The notes under the pieces: model-generated | Database searches by the model: none | Told to the model about the DNA's origin: nothing | What the model saw: only the letters and a program-made list of their open reading frames with translations | Shown here: positions 1 to 13,900 of the stretch, piece after piece | How the letters are laid out: every line of letters begins with the position of its first letter | Numbering within the stretch: the stretch's first letter is position 1 | From: Mizuhopecten yessoensis | Taxonomy: Eukaryota | Assembly: GCF_002113885.1 (NCBI RefSeq) | Contig: NW_018408551.1 | Coordinates: 328,033-392,032 of the forward strand | Length of the DNA: 64,000 nt | Direction: 5' to 3' | Position numbers and translations under genes: made by a program

Positions 1-3000
1 GATATTGAGAGACAAGTCTGGGACTACATGTTTGGTAAAGATTTTCTCAAGGTGAGATTTACTTAATCAATGATTCATGTGATTAATATCTTATAAATAT
101 GGACGAAAATCATATCCTTCATCAGGTGGTTCTTCCTTAACAGGACTGAAGTTCTTCATCCTTCTGATGGCCCATTGACTTAACTCCACTGTCAGGCAGC
201 TGCAGGTCCTCTAGCCCATTGGCTTAGATTCTGTTGTCTTGTACATTGTGTATCATTTCTACTGCCAGTTCCTGTATAAACATTAGCATAAGAAATCAAG
301 TTCATATAAGGATTGAATGGCATTTTCTATATGAATCAGTGACAGGTGAAAATAAGCACAAGGTGTCTACAATATGATACTGTACAAGGAAAATAGACAT
401 TTGCACAACTTGTTTTTGAACACTAGTCATTAATAGAGAAATATTTTCATGTTGAATTTAGATTAAAATTCTTTTTCTCCAGTATGAATCTTCAATTTGA
501 ATAAAGTAAAACTGATGTAAGAGTTATGAAAATTGATTGGAAATTTCATCTACAATCTTGAACAAATTAAGTGGTATATAAAGTTTGGTAGAAGTCTTCC
601 TATTCTGTATGTCTGATGATCATGATGTTCTAGGATATACACATTTCTACAAATATTGAAGATACCCTTGGAAATTGTTTCAGGCTGACTTCAATGAGAC
701 CAGTATTGTAGTCACAGATCCTTACTTTAACTTTGCATCCATCCAAGAGGCTATGAATGAGATTTTGTATGAGGAATACCAGTTTAAATCAGTTCTACGT
801 TGTAACCGTAAGTATATGTGAACAAGCACAGGACAGACCTTGTTGACCTGTCAGTGTTCTAGATTATAAAGACTGTGATTATAGGAACTAAACTCAGTAA
901 GCTAACAAGGCCATACTCTGCTGGTAGTTACACTAACGTCCTGACTGGAAATCTAATATATGGACAAATCAGAGTTATTTTTGTTTCGAATACGAGTTTA
1001 TGGTTCTGAGAATTACCGCTTTTTGAGCTTATGCCGTGGTGCGGCGTCCGTCCGGCGTCAATATTTTACTTTAAACAACTTCTTCTTAATAACCAAAAGG
1101 CCTAGGGTGATGATATTTGGCCAGTAGCATGCTCGGGTGAAGGGCTACCAAGTTTGTTCAAATGAATGACCTTCAATTATATTCAAGGTCACGGGGGTCA
1201 ATTGTCTTAAAAAACCTTTTAACAACTTCTTCTGAATAACCAAAATGCCCAGGGTGATGATATTAAGCCAGTAGCATGCTGAGATCAAGGACTACTATGT
1301 TTGTTAAAGTGAATGACTTTGACTTATATTCAAGGTCACAGGAGTCAAATTTGTTTAAAATCTTTAAACGACCTCCTCTGAATAACCATGGGTGCCAGGA
1401 TATTAATACTTTGCAAATTGCATCTTGAGATGAAAGGCAATACAATTTGTTCAACATAATGACTTTGTTCGACTTTCAATCACAGAGGTGGAATGTTTAA
1501 AAACATGTTTGTAATCCTGACCATTGCAGCATCATACTTGAGTCAGTATAAGTACCGGAAGGAATGTCCAGACAAACAGCTTTGTACCATGGTGGTGGAC
1601 ACTGGCTATTCCTTCACTCATCTTGTACCCTACTTCAAAGGCAAGAAGATAGAAAACTCAGTCAAAAGGTACTGTAGCAAGCCAGAATATAAATTAATGA
1701 TGTAGTAGCATTTATTTGCTAAAATCTTTTGAACGCTTTGCCTTTTTTCATATGAGTATTTATTTTTCTGAAATGTTGCCGTTTAAAGAAATCTTCTTGT
1801 AATTCTAAATGTCAAATAATAATATTTATTTTGCTTTTACTTATACTGATAATCCACAAAACTAGATACAAGCTTAGCTGCACAAAGCATCCATGTTGGT
1901 TTTCAGAATTTTTAGGAAATTTTCAAAGTAATTTATCTGGATGATGGGATTGCTAAAGATGTAATACTTATGTTTGCTTCATCTAAATTTCAAGAAAAGG
2001 GTTATGCACCATGAGTTTTATCTCTAGGTCTAAAAAGGTAATATGTGTATTTCTGGATTAACCCTGTTAAAAACTTGAGGTGGGTAGGGTAGATAGGCCT
2101 GGTAGGACAATATTTCATTTACATATCTTTTATGTAGGTTATACTGTACAAGGATCCTATATAAGTTTATGTGCTTGTTTAACATTGGCTCAAAATATTT
2201 AGTGTAGGTTGTCTCATTTGTCAAAAAAATAGAGACCGAGTTGTAGAGAAACCAGAAACATGCAATAATTCATTTATCAAGCTTTTTGACCTATACCAAG
2301 TACCTCAGCATTTCTCTTTTTAGTACATGTATTAATATACATTGATTTTCTCTTGCAGGATAAACATTGGTGGGAAAATTCTAACAAATCACTTGAAAGA
2401 AATCATTTCATACAGGTAAAATACAGGTTAATAGGTTTGACTCTAAATACAACTTATTGCCAAACTCATATACATGTAGATTTTATACCAGGAATAGTCT
2501 TTATTAAGGTAAAGAGTCAAAGTATTTTATTTGATAACTCCAATGAAGAGTTTTTCCAATTTGTTCAGAATTTGTTTTCTGTACTTGGAGTTGCTTGCCT
2601 GTTTAATATCATAATTTCCTTTTACCTAAAAAACCCATCTTTACTTTTCTGCGAGGATTAAAACCCAGGACCTCTTGAATATAATGCAGGGAGTTAAACC
2701 ACTGTGTCACTGGTGGTGATATGTGTTACATTTAGTACTTTTCTGTAACATTACTGAGGATACATTTAAAATGTCTGAACTCCTTAAACGGTCTGCTGCC
2801 TATTAATTGGTCTTTGTATGTATCAGAAAAATAACTTGAAGGCCATTTAACATATTTTCAGTTTTTAAATTATTTTTGGTTGGGGCGTGGAGTTAATGCT
2901 TTGTAATATCAAGATATTGTTTATTCATTTTACTCACAGACAACTGATGGTGATGGATGAAACTTATGTTATCAACCAGCTGAAAGAGGATGTGTGTTAC

Positions 3001-6000
3001 GTCTCGCAACAGTTTACCAAGGACATGGAGATAGCCAGGTAAGGGGAGGTAACTCATTTGGAAATTGATTCAGATGTTTTGCCATTATATTTTGTCAGTA
3101 TGTCACCAAAATGAAGGAGAGTTTTTATATATACAATTTTTGAATTCAAAATGTTTGCAGACCTGTAAATTGTATGAAACTTTAAGAATGAATAAACATT
3201 AATCAGATATGGTAATAAAGACACTAACATTGACCTGTTCTGCACCACTTCTTGTAGAGTTAAATGTAATCATGCTACCACATATATTGAATCAATGACA
3301 AGCTTTTCCACGACATACTCCAAAGTGAAACATTTCAAACAGGTGGTCTTGGATGAACAAAGTGCGGTCTAAAACATATACCAGGTGAAACATTTCGACA
3401 TTACCAAAAGTTTTTCAGAATTGGATTCCGGCATCATTTTCCTCCAAAAACCACTCATCTAAAATATCAGCCCTCTAGCACACATTTTGAATCAACCACA
3501 AGCCTTCAAATAACTTTAATACACTACAAAAAATTGTCGCACACTGATACCAACACGGGACTCTTAGTTTTTCAAACTGGCATTCTTCTGTATGTTTTGT
3601 TCATGAGACATCAAGAAACTATACAATTGATTTTCTTCCCCCTATTTTTCCTTTCCCTCTAACCTACTCCTTCACTTTTGTTTGTGTTTCCCTAGCCACC
3701 TCAGCTAAGCCCGTCACCCTAGCTACCTCGGCTAAGCCAGTCACCCTAGCCACCTCGGCTAAGCCCGTCACCCTAGCCACCTCGGCTAAGCCCGTCACCC
3801 TAGCTACCTCAGCTAAGCCCGACGCCCTAGCCACCTCGGCTAAGCCCGTCGCCCTAGCCACCTCGGCTAAGCCTGTCACACTAGCCACCTCGACTAAGTC
3901 TGTCACCCTAGCTACCTCGGCTAAGCCCGTCATCAGAATAATGTGACTGGGTGGAGTGTCATGCTACCTTGTCTAGTTATGACGTCATGTCAGTGACTCT
4001 GGAGTCACTCATTCATCAGTGGACAGTCCTCATGATGTTAGCTGTTACAAAGGCAAAAAAAAATTAACGGAATGAACCATCAGATCTAAAGTCAACTTCA
4101 TGCTCAGCAGATTGAGTGTTTAAGATATTTGTGTTTAGTTTTGAGATTAAGTATTTAAGATATTCATGTTTAGTTTTGAGATTGAGTATTTAAGATATTC
4201 GTGTTTAGTTTTGAGATTGAGTATTTAAGATATTTGTGTTTAATTTTGGAAAACAAACAGAATTTGACTGTATACCTGGTATGTAAATTTGTTGAACAGA
4301 ATGAAAGGTCCAAACAACACGATAGTGAGGGACTATGTACTACCAGACTATACCCACATAAAGAGGGGCCATGTAAGACCTCAGGGTGAGACTACAGGCA
4401 AGGCTAAAGATGGCGAACAGGTACATAACAATTTGTTCTTGGTCTCCTTTCATTTTGAACAGATCCATTTTTATGTGTCTTTTATGAAAACCTTCAACAA
4501 AAAGTATAGCACTGCTCCATTCAAATCAATCAGAAATGCTATCTGTCTTGAGAGAAAATGGACTTATTGCTTTAAACTGTATTTGTATGACTATAGCTCG
4601 TACGGATGTTATTTCCCCTTAGTCTATAAGGTAATAAGTTGACCTATGCTTATCACTGTAGCTCATTCAACTGTTACCTTTCTTTATATTAATTTGAACG
4701 TGGAGCTATTACTAAGCCTGTCTGTATCGGTGTAGATTAATACCTCCCTTTAGTTTGAACATAGAGTGATTGAATTGTTTATGGTTACAGATAATTCGTA
4801 TGGGTAACGAGAGGTTTGCTGTACCGGAGCTGCTGTTCCATCCCACAGACGTGGGTATACAGGAGATGGGCATCGCCGAGGGACTTATCCACACAATCAG
4901 CTCCATGCCAGAAGGTACTGGAACTTATGGATGACCAAAAATACACTTGGATAGTATTGACTATAATGTAAATGTAAAGTAATGAACTACTTATTGGACT
5001 TTAAGGGAGTTTTTATTTAAAAAAATGATTAAACAATCAGAAAAGTTTGATTTTCATGAGCTTTCTGTGAACTATAATGATCTGCTCCATCCCCGTTTCT
5101 GTGAATGATTTAAAATTTAAGGAAAATTTGTTTAGTCAATTTCTTGAACATCTTTGAAAGTTCAGTAGAATGATATTTGGTTTTGCACATACATGTAAAA
5201 AAAGTCATTTGTGTAGATACATTGTAGATTATTATGTCTTATTACAGATATCCAGCCCCACATGTACAACAATATCGTGCTAACAGGAGGAAACTGTCTC
5301 CTCCCAGGATTCCATCAACGTCTGTAAGTTTCTGGTGAAAAAGGGATTTCTTGACTCTGGATTTATTTCTTTTTGTTGAAAAGAAGGATCTCCAGTATTT
5401 TGCTTGTTATTTTGTAGTAATTTTGACCGTTCAAATTTGAAATTTCTTCACATTTGCTAAAGTGACGTAACATATTTGTAGTTGTGTTTTAAGCATGAGT
5501 TGCTTTACCACACAATCAACACAGACATGCTTAGTGATGGCAGTTTTATTGAAAACGAAAAGCATGTATTCACAGGGATGCAAACTTTTCAGTCTGTAAA
5601 ATTATCTTTCTGTTATATTTCAAAGTCAGATAAATACTTCAAAAAGTTATTTCATGTAATGACAAGGTACAATTATAATGTACAAATTAACCACAACATG
5701 TTTGTTTGTTGATAAATGTGTATTTTGTTTCCAATCCAGGGTGACAGATGCAAGGAGTATGGCTCCAGATGAATATGACCTGTCTATAACCAATCCATCA
5801 ATCAAGTAAGCCTCAAATGCAGACTAATCAGATTAGTGTTATCAAGCTTGTTTGTAGAGACACAATTTTTGTACTGACTGTGTAAGAATGATGTACAACA
5901 CTTTTCAGATATTCTTATTAAAGGACTTTAAATACATGGAGGATGCAGTAACTGTCTGAGAATACATGTTTAGTGTCTAAAATACAAAGAATACATGGTT

Positions 6001-7837
6001 AGTGTCTGAAACACAAAGAAAACATGGTTAGTGTCTGAAACACAAAGAATACATGGTTAGTGTCTGAAACACAAAGAATACATGGTTAGTGTCTGAAACA
6101 CAAAGATTACATGATTAGTGTCTGAAACACAAAGAATACATGGTTAGTGTCTGAAACACAAAGAATACATGGTTAGTGTCTGAAACAAAGATTATATGGT
6201 TAGTGTCTTAAACACAAAGATTTTATGGTTAGTGTCTTAAACACAAAGATTTTATGGTTAGTGTCTGAAACACAAAGAATACATGGTTAGTGTATGAAAC
6301 AAAGATTATATGCTTAGTGTCTTAAACACAAAGATTTTATGGTTAGTGTCTTAAACACAAAGATTTTATGGTTAGTGTCTGAAACACAAAGAATACATGT
6401 TTAGTGTCTAAAATACAAAGAATACATTGTATTGTCTGAAATACACAGAAAGTTCATAGAATTTACATGGTAAGTGTACCAAATACATAGAGAGGACATG
6501 GTTAGTGCCTGAAACACAAAGATTACATGGTTATAGTGTCTAAAACACACTGAATACATTGTATTGTCTGAAATACACAGAAAATACATGGTAAGTGTAT
6601 CAAATACATACAGAGGACATGGTTAGTGTCGACTAGAACACAAAGTTAAGGTCCAAATAAATAGGGATTACCTAATAAGTGTATGAAATGGTGAGGAAAG
6701 ATGAAGCCAATATATATTAGCCTTGTATTTTACATTCACTATGTTATCTGTACAGTTTATCCTGAAATCTTCCTGCAACCTTACAATTTCGCTCAAAAAT
6801 AATGACCAAAACTGCATACTGCAGTCAACTCAATTTGAGCCCATGTCCTTCCAAGCGTTTCACAGCCTTCCCCCAGCTTTTTCTGAGGGCAGGTGTCAAT
6901 ATTCTACTACATATTCCCCGAGATCTTGCTTTGCCTCCATAATGGAACTGTTATGGATATCTAAAATGTAAAAACAAAAATATTTAAGAAAGTTTCAAAA
7001 CCAAAATCTAGAAATAGAATACTTCATTACAAGAGCTTTAACTCAGACCAATTCATATACACAAGTCATCCTGGTTAGCTGCTATCTAAACGTGGGTAAT
7101 TGCTGGCCTGGTTAGCTGCTATCTAAACGTGGGTAATTGCTGGCAAATTCTAACATGTTTTTTTATATGATTTGAACAACTTCTCAATGGTCTTCACTTA
7201 TGAAATTGTTCTAATAAGTGCCCCTCTATTTTCTCCTTTTTACATGGAGCCTGCAGGATTATTAGGTGAAAAATGGAAACCTTGTTCACAAAATTGCTGA
7301 GTTCTTTTGTTCAATATGGCACCAAATGTTATGTAAAAATTACACAACTGACCAACAACATGGATGTTTTGAGCCCACTTATCACATAGGATTTAAACAC
7401 ATATTTATTTGACAGCTGAATCTCTGTTTTGAATGTTTTTGGTAGTGGACATAATTAGAATATGAAGCATTATCATGCCACTTCCCCTGATAATCAATAT
7501 GGCTGTCTGCCTTTAAAAAGACAGATGGTGTCATTTTCAATTTTGTGCTAATTAGTTGTAAAAGTCAACCTTAGGTTCTGATGTTGTGATTTCTGGTTTT
7601 ATAAATTTCATTACAAAAAATAGCTAATAATTGTAGTAAAATGAGTATAAAACAATCATTACTGAAGATGAATGTGTGCTTATATAGTTTTGACTTACTG
7701 TTTTCAGTCCTGCCACATATGCCTGGTCGGGCGGTGCAATGCTGGCTCAGGACCCAAACTTCAGTAAAATTTGTGTTACACGCGAGGACTATGAGGAAAA
7801 TGGACACGGTATATGTCAGGAAAAATTTGATGTGTGA
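1..7837 (+). CDS. ACTR6: Actin-related protein 6 (Arp6, SRCAP/SWR1 complex subunit); multi-exon, 5' part outside window
   Basis: GT-AG exons in continuous frame: <1-51, 684-807, 1530-1668, 2359-2415, 2940-3038, 4300-4420, 4791-4914, 5248-5323, 5740-5805, 7708-7837 (TGA). Translation includes [157 protein letters not shown], matching the Arp6 family as I recall it. Confidence 0.97.
1020..1490 (+). mobile_element. Helentron-associated/pearl-like modular non-autonomous element with ~146-bp internal tandem units (intronic)
   Basis: Starts with T-run + gagcttatgccgtgg and a gcgtccgtccggcgtc microsatellite seed. Three ~146-bp units follow (aacaacttcttc..aataacc at ~1075, 1221, 1367) with the TGACCTT/AAGGTCA motifs typical of these bivalve elements. 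Confidence 0.6.
3690..3932. repeat. 27-bp GC-rich minisatellite (~9 copies) in ACTR6 intron
   Basis: Unit ccctagccacctcggctaagcccgtca repeated about 9 times with few substitutions. Confidence 0.95.
4110..4248. repeat. 35-bp tandem repeat (4 copies)
   Basis: Unit gattgagtatttaagatattcgtgtttagttttga. Confidence 0.9.
5959..6645. repeat. ~29-bp minisatellite (>20 copies) in last ACTR6 intron
   Basis: Unit gaatacatggttagtgtctgaaacacaaa, with 27-bp and ttttat variants that recur in blocks. Confidence 0.95.
7070..7143. repeat. 37-bp perfect tandem duplication
   Basis: cctggttagctgctatctaaacgtgggtaattgctgg twice. Confidence 0.9.
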
Positions 7838-9592
7838 CAAATAATGAAGAGACAGCCGTCCGGATAAATTTGAGGAAGAAGCAAGCAGGAAAAGACGAAC
7901 AATAGACTGTTGACTGTCGTGAATCACTTCAGTATCAGATTTTGTTTCAGTGTCTAATCTTACTGATTATTTTAAACAGCAACAATATCCTCCCATCAGG
8001 AAAACCAATTCGACAAAAACATTACCATCTTCAAAAGTCAGTTTTGAAATTCTGCAGCGAGTGATTTTCGAGGCTACATTTTTACACAAACACAATACCG
8101 GTACCTTTGTCCATTCACACTGGGAGAAGCAAATCACCACCTACATCATGTGTTCAAAAGATGTAAAAATCACATATTGTTTATTGCTTTAAAACATGAA
8201 GCAAAAGTGCAGATGATCACTTCATGTTAAGCAGTTGTGAGCTTATTTTCTGTGAGAATGTATACACGCCATTGTTTAAATATCTCAGTGATATGTACAT
8301 TGTGTATGTACAGGTCATATATATTTGTTCTAGAATATTGATTCTCAGGATCAATATGAAATTTTTCATGATTTGAAAGACAATGTTTTAACTTGCTCAC
8401 CAGACGTGTTCATGGCATTTTGATGTATTATATTGTATTGTAAGTCAGCTCTCATTAATATCATAAGGTATATCTCATTTACCTCTGGGGGTACACAGTT
8501 CAACCAGCAAGGAGATATCCTAAACTGAGTCAAACGTATGTGAGATTGAGGCACTGAATGTTTGTAAGGAATGGGTATATCTATTGTAGTCACAAAGACA
8601 TTTACCATGATGTTTCAACCTCCTAAACTGTCTTGTATCATACTGTTGTCATAATATTGAACAGTGGATACCAGCTGGTTTATTAATACATACATTACTT
8701 ATATAAGGATCCAGTGTTTAAAACTCTGTCCAATTTAGATTTTTGTCTAAATCGGCCAAATAATTTGGTTTGACAATGACAGTGTATAACAAGTAGACAC
8801 TCTACAATCTGGTACTCTCGCCAGTCATCCAAATACCTGGTCCCAGGGATGTCTGGTTTAGATAGAATACAAATAAGTATTCTATTCTATTGAAATAAAC
8901 ATGGAAGACTTAGGTCAGATTTGTTTGTGATTGGAAAGTTTTGTCCAGACACAATTATTAAGGAACATTGTACCTGTACAAATGACATGACTTGATATTG
9001 ATAAGTGTGAGATCATTATATCCATCCTCATTCCCAAACACATTTTTAGTTTTTCTGGTGATTTTTTGTGTTTGTTTTTACAAATGTAGATTTCGTTTCA
9101 GGAATGAGACATTCAGTGAAACAAAATTGCTATACATATGCTCCAGATGCTGGCATCTGGTCTGCATTATAATGATAGAGAATAAAACTTAATGTATACC
9201 AATGCCTGAATAATATCAGACAGAAAAACAAATGTTTGGTGAACATTGACAATAAAATATCAATTGATGTTGCCACTGTCTTTTAAGTATTTTACTTGGT
9301 TTTTATCTTCATTTGTGTGCCAGTCATCTTTCATCTGTCAATTTTCTTGTGTAAAGGGTATAGATCAGAGGTCCCTAAAGCAATGATTAACAAACGGGCA
9401 TCACACTATGTAAATAGGTACATCATGGGAGGAGGATGTCGCAGCCTAAAGCGAGGTCACTGACCTAAAATTAAATTGGTACGCAGGAAGTGTCCAACAT
9501 TTCTTCAAGATTTGAAAATAACTAGGGAAATGAAGTTTCCAAACATTAACCACAGTTTGAAATACTAAAGGGTAGAATGTACTTTTACTTTA

Positions 9593-10100
9593 AAACAAGA
9601 GATCCCAGAGGGATCTTGGCACCCACCTTTGTACCATCTTCATTAGTTCTTTCTCGGTTCGATCTTTTCTCTTTCCTCTAATCTATTTGAAATAGCGATA
9701 CTAAACAAACTTTCACTATCAAAATCCAAGATGGCTGCCTGTCAGCCATGTTGTTTATCCGATCAGTCTCTAAAGTTGCCCTACACAGCTAAGGACCAAG
9801 GGGAACCTACATATAAAATTTGAGAAAGATCCCTCTGGTACTTCTTGAGAAATACCGATAACAAACTTTCACTATCAAAATCCAAGATGGCTGCCTGTCG
9901 GCCATGTTGTTTATCCGATCAGTCTCAAAAGTTGCCCTGCACAGCTAAGGACCAAGGGAAACCTACATATAAAATTTGAGAAAGATCCCTCTGGTCCTTC
10001 TTGAGAAATACCGATAACAAGAATTGTTTAAGGACGGACCACGGACCATGGACGCAGGGTGATTTGAATAGCCCACCATCAGATGATGGTGGGCTAAAAA
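9593..10100 (-). mobile_element. Helentron-associated (HINE)/pearl-like element with two 156-bp core repeats
   Basis: Hairpin tagcccaccatc..gatggtgggcta and A-run at ~10069-10100, GGAC-type microsatellite at ~10032-10055, core units starting at 9704 and 9860 (156 bp apart), and terminal palindrome aacaagagatcccagagggatcttgg at ~9594-9619. Confidence 0.75.
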
Positions 10101-10966
10101 GGGAGAGACACTTGCAGTCAATCAGTAGTTTCTGAGAGACACTTGCAGTCAATCAGTAGTTCCTGAAAAGAAAACTGCTTAGAGAACCTTTCCAGCTTTT
10201 ATCCCAAAGAAAGCCACACCTCTTTCCTAGTGACCTTCCAAGGAGTGTATGTACTCGCTGTTTTTTTGTGAAATTGTGACTATGGTATTATCACTGTAGA
10301 TTCTACACCAGAACACTCGACATAATGATAAGGTTTGTTCAGCTGTGATATCACATTATTTGGATGTAGAGGTAAGAGTTCTTCTGTGACATCAGCATAA
10401 AACTGTTGACAGAACAGTTATCTACCCTGGTATACAACATTGGTGTAGTCTGGAAAACGTAGAAACAAGCTCAATAAGGGTGGATTATAAGCTGGTCAAC
10501 TGTCATAATAATGTAGGTATATAGGTATAAGTATACTAGGAATACCTTGCAACTGAGTGGCAATGACGGTAAGTACTGCGATACAACTTTACAGTTAGAC
10601 CAATGCCATCCACATGTGTGACATTTTTGAGGAATACAGCTTTCAGACCTTTGAGCTGCCCTTGCAATTGTTCTATAGGCATTCCATATATATGTGAAAT
10701 ATATGTGTGCACACTGCATTTTGTAAGGTCAACCATGGCCAGGATACAGCAGTTTGACCTTGACCTTGTGCTTGAGTAATAGTCATCTTAAGTTATAATT
10801 TATATTTAAGATGCTTAAGAAAGTCTATGATCCTTAAAAGTGGCACTTCATATATATATGTGAAAGCAGAGATTACAGTATGACAACATATCAATCATAT
10901 CCAAACCAAAGATTTATATAAAAACAATTTATTATACAGAATCATACATTAAATGGTATAACAATA

Positions 10967-13900
10967 TCACAGTTTCTTTGGCACATTAGCGATAATAGGC
11001 TTTGGTCGTGTTTTGAACAGAAGTCTCCTTCGTATGATAGCTTTAACAAGATAATGAGTGTCTGTATGTTGCTTGTCAGTATTGTCCTGATCTAGCACTG
11101 TATCATTGTCGGTGTCTGAGTGTTTCTTTGTCAGCACAGCAAATGGTTTCTCTAGATCACACACTTTTCCATACAGGATATGATGGCCGATGATAAGCAC
11201 AGGAACATTCTGAAATAATAGCATAGTGAACCTTTTTAAAAATTTGGTTTCAAGCAGTCAATAAAATTGACAGCATATAGATCATATTAAAACAATATTC
11301 TTGAAATATTTGTGGTTCTCAGTTTGATTTTTTCCTCCATTTCAAAAGGGGATGTCCAGTGAACAAAGTTACCCAACTCGAGAAGTGTTTTGAGTAAAGG
11401 TTTCACATGGTGAGATATCAAAGGTGCTAATGCTCAAATTTTCAAAATTCAGAGTGTTTACATTATATCTTGTTTTACTTGCATTTAAATGTTTCATAGC
11501 TAGGATCATTAGCATTCAGAATAGAATATAAGGTGTAAGTAAACCTATATATACAAGGTAGCTACAGTCTATCATTCATCAAACTTTCATAAGTAAAGAT
11601 AAAAGTATAAATCAATGCACCTTACTTTTAGTTACTGAAAAGCGAAAAGCGACCTTTTATAAATTTATTTAAATGAGCAAATGGCATTTTGACCTTTTAC
11701 AATGTTTAAATTTTCGGATTTGCTCGAGCCTGGAAATTGGTATCCCCAGTCCCCACCAATTTTAGATATCTACTGTACATGTAATAGTACGCTCACATTT
11801 ATGTGGGAAGTGCTACGGTGTTGGACTGTTAATCACAATATTGTGACTGGACTATAAATCAGTACCATTTACATGGTTCTTTATACTTCACAGCATTGCT
11901 TCCTTTAACAGAATACAGTAATGTGACCTTGATCCAAGTTTGTATCCCCAAGGTCAAGGTCATAGAGTATGAATCCGGAATGTTCTACTGAAATATGTGC
12001 CTTGGTCATAACTCTGTATCATTGGGCTTAATCTTGGTCATACGTCTCGGCATTATTGGTTAATTATGACCTGTCTTGCGACTTTTGACCTGGCTAAGGT
12101 CATCTCAAATAAGAAGGCTAACAGGCATGGGGATCTAAAAAGGTGAACAGGTCACTAAGCATCACTAAATTATATGGGCATATTATTGGTCCGTTTTTCT
12201 TTTGAACAACTGGAGGACCTAGGGTCATGATATTTGGCCAGTAGGTATACCTGGGATGAAGTGCTATATAGTTTCCCCCATTAAAATGATCTTGACCTAC
12301 TTTCAAGGTCACAGGGGTCAAATATGTTAAAAACTTCAAACAACAATATCTAGTTCAGGCGTAGTACGAAGTTAACGAAGCCATGTAACATGATTTTAAT
12401 CAGATTGGACTAATGTCATGATACTTGGGTATGTTATGAAGACCAGCAGTAAAAATCTTTTACCTCATTTAAGTAATGAGGTCAAAGGTCAACTTTAAGT
12501 GCTAGTCGGGGGTCAAAAGTCAACATGGGTAAAAGCTTGAACAATGTTCTTATCAAGTTCCAAAAGACCAAGGGTCATGATATTTGGCCAGTAGGTACCT
12601 GGGATGGATTGCTATAAATTTTCCTCATTAAAATGACCTTGACCTAGTTTCAAGGTCACAGGGGTCAAATGTTAAAAACTTCAAACAACAATATCCTAAG
12701 AACCATTTGGACTAGAGTCATATAAATACTTGGGTATGTTATGAAGACCAGCTGTGTGAATCTTTTTCTCTATTACAGTAATGAGGTCAAATTTAAAGGG
12801 CAACTTTAAGTGCTAGTCGGGGGTCAAAGGTCAACATGGGTTTAAAGCTTTAACAATGTTCTTATCAAGTTCCATAAGGCCCAGGGTCATGATATTTGGC
12901 CAGTAGGTACCTTGAATGGAATGTTGTAAAGTTTTCTCATTAAAATGACCTTGACCTAATTTCAAGGTCACAGGTTTCAAATATGTTAAAAACAACAATA
13001 TCTTAAGAACCATTTGGTCTAGAGTCCTGATTAAGAGATGTTAAGATGTCTTGTGTTCTAGTTACCAGATTTGGTCTGAAGTTACCTATATGTCAGTTTC
13101 ATGTAACAAAAGAAACAGGTGAGCGATACAGGCCCCCTGGGCGTCTTGTTTCTATAAGTTTTATACATTTTCTCTCTCAATTGGTAAGACGTATCGAGGC
13201 TACTGAGTGATACCTCCAGTTGTGTAAGGTTTTTCCTCATACAGGTACTTAATTCTGCTCAGCAGTTTAAACAAAGTAAAATGTTTGAAGTGTTAACGAC
13301 ATGTGTATTTCACGTTTTTATATGAATTTTTCGTGTTATTACGTTTTTATTTCACATAATTACGTGATCTTTGGCGTTATGACAACTTTTGCTTTCACGT
13401 TATTACGTGTTTATTTCGCATAAGTGTTTATTTCATGTTATTACGGGAATTTTTGGCGTTAAACATTTTTTCTTCATTATTACGTGTTAATTTCGCGTTA
13501 TTGCGACTTTTACTATCGCATTATTACGTATTTTTTTACGTTATTAAGCGTTTTTTCAAATTGTAACACGTTTGTTTGCGTAATAACATGTTGTTTTTTT
13601 GCGTTAATTCGACTTTACAGTATTTTTATTTTATATAAGTAACCCTAATAGGCTTTCGTACATTACCATGTTTTGCTGTTATAAATTTTCCAATTTGAAA
13701 ATGATCAGGAATAACAATTTTTACCTTGTGTGTAAAATGGAGATCACCCATGAATCGTCCATTTAGAGAAACATTGTTTCTTGTCTCCAGTCCTCCCTGA
13801 AGGTCAATAATGGCCCACTCTGGACACTGGCCTGGCCCTCCTGGTCTGTGTTAGGAAATAAAATCTATATATATAGTATATCAAGTACGTGCAATTGTGT

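Noticed and set aside
3664-3933. 89-aa ORF (TGLAEVARV)n
   Set aside because: By-product of a 27-bp minisatellite antisense within an ACTR6 intron; no splice or promoter support.
5959-6645. Regularly spaced ~29-bp repeats resembling a CRISPR array
   Set aside because: Head-to-tail units without unique spacers, no cas genes, and located in a eukaryotic intron: a minisatellite.
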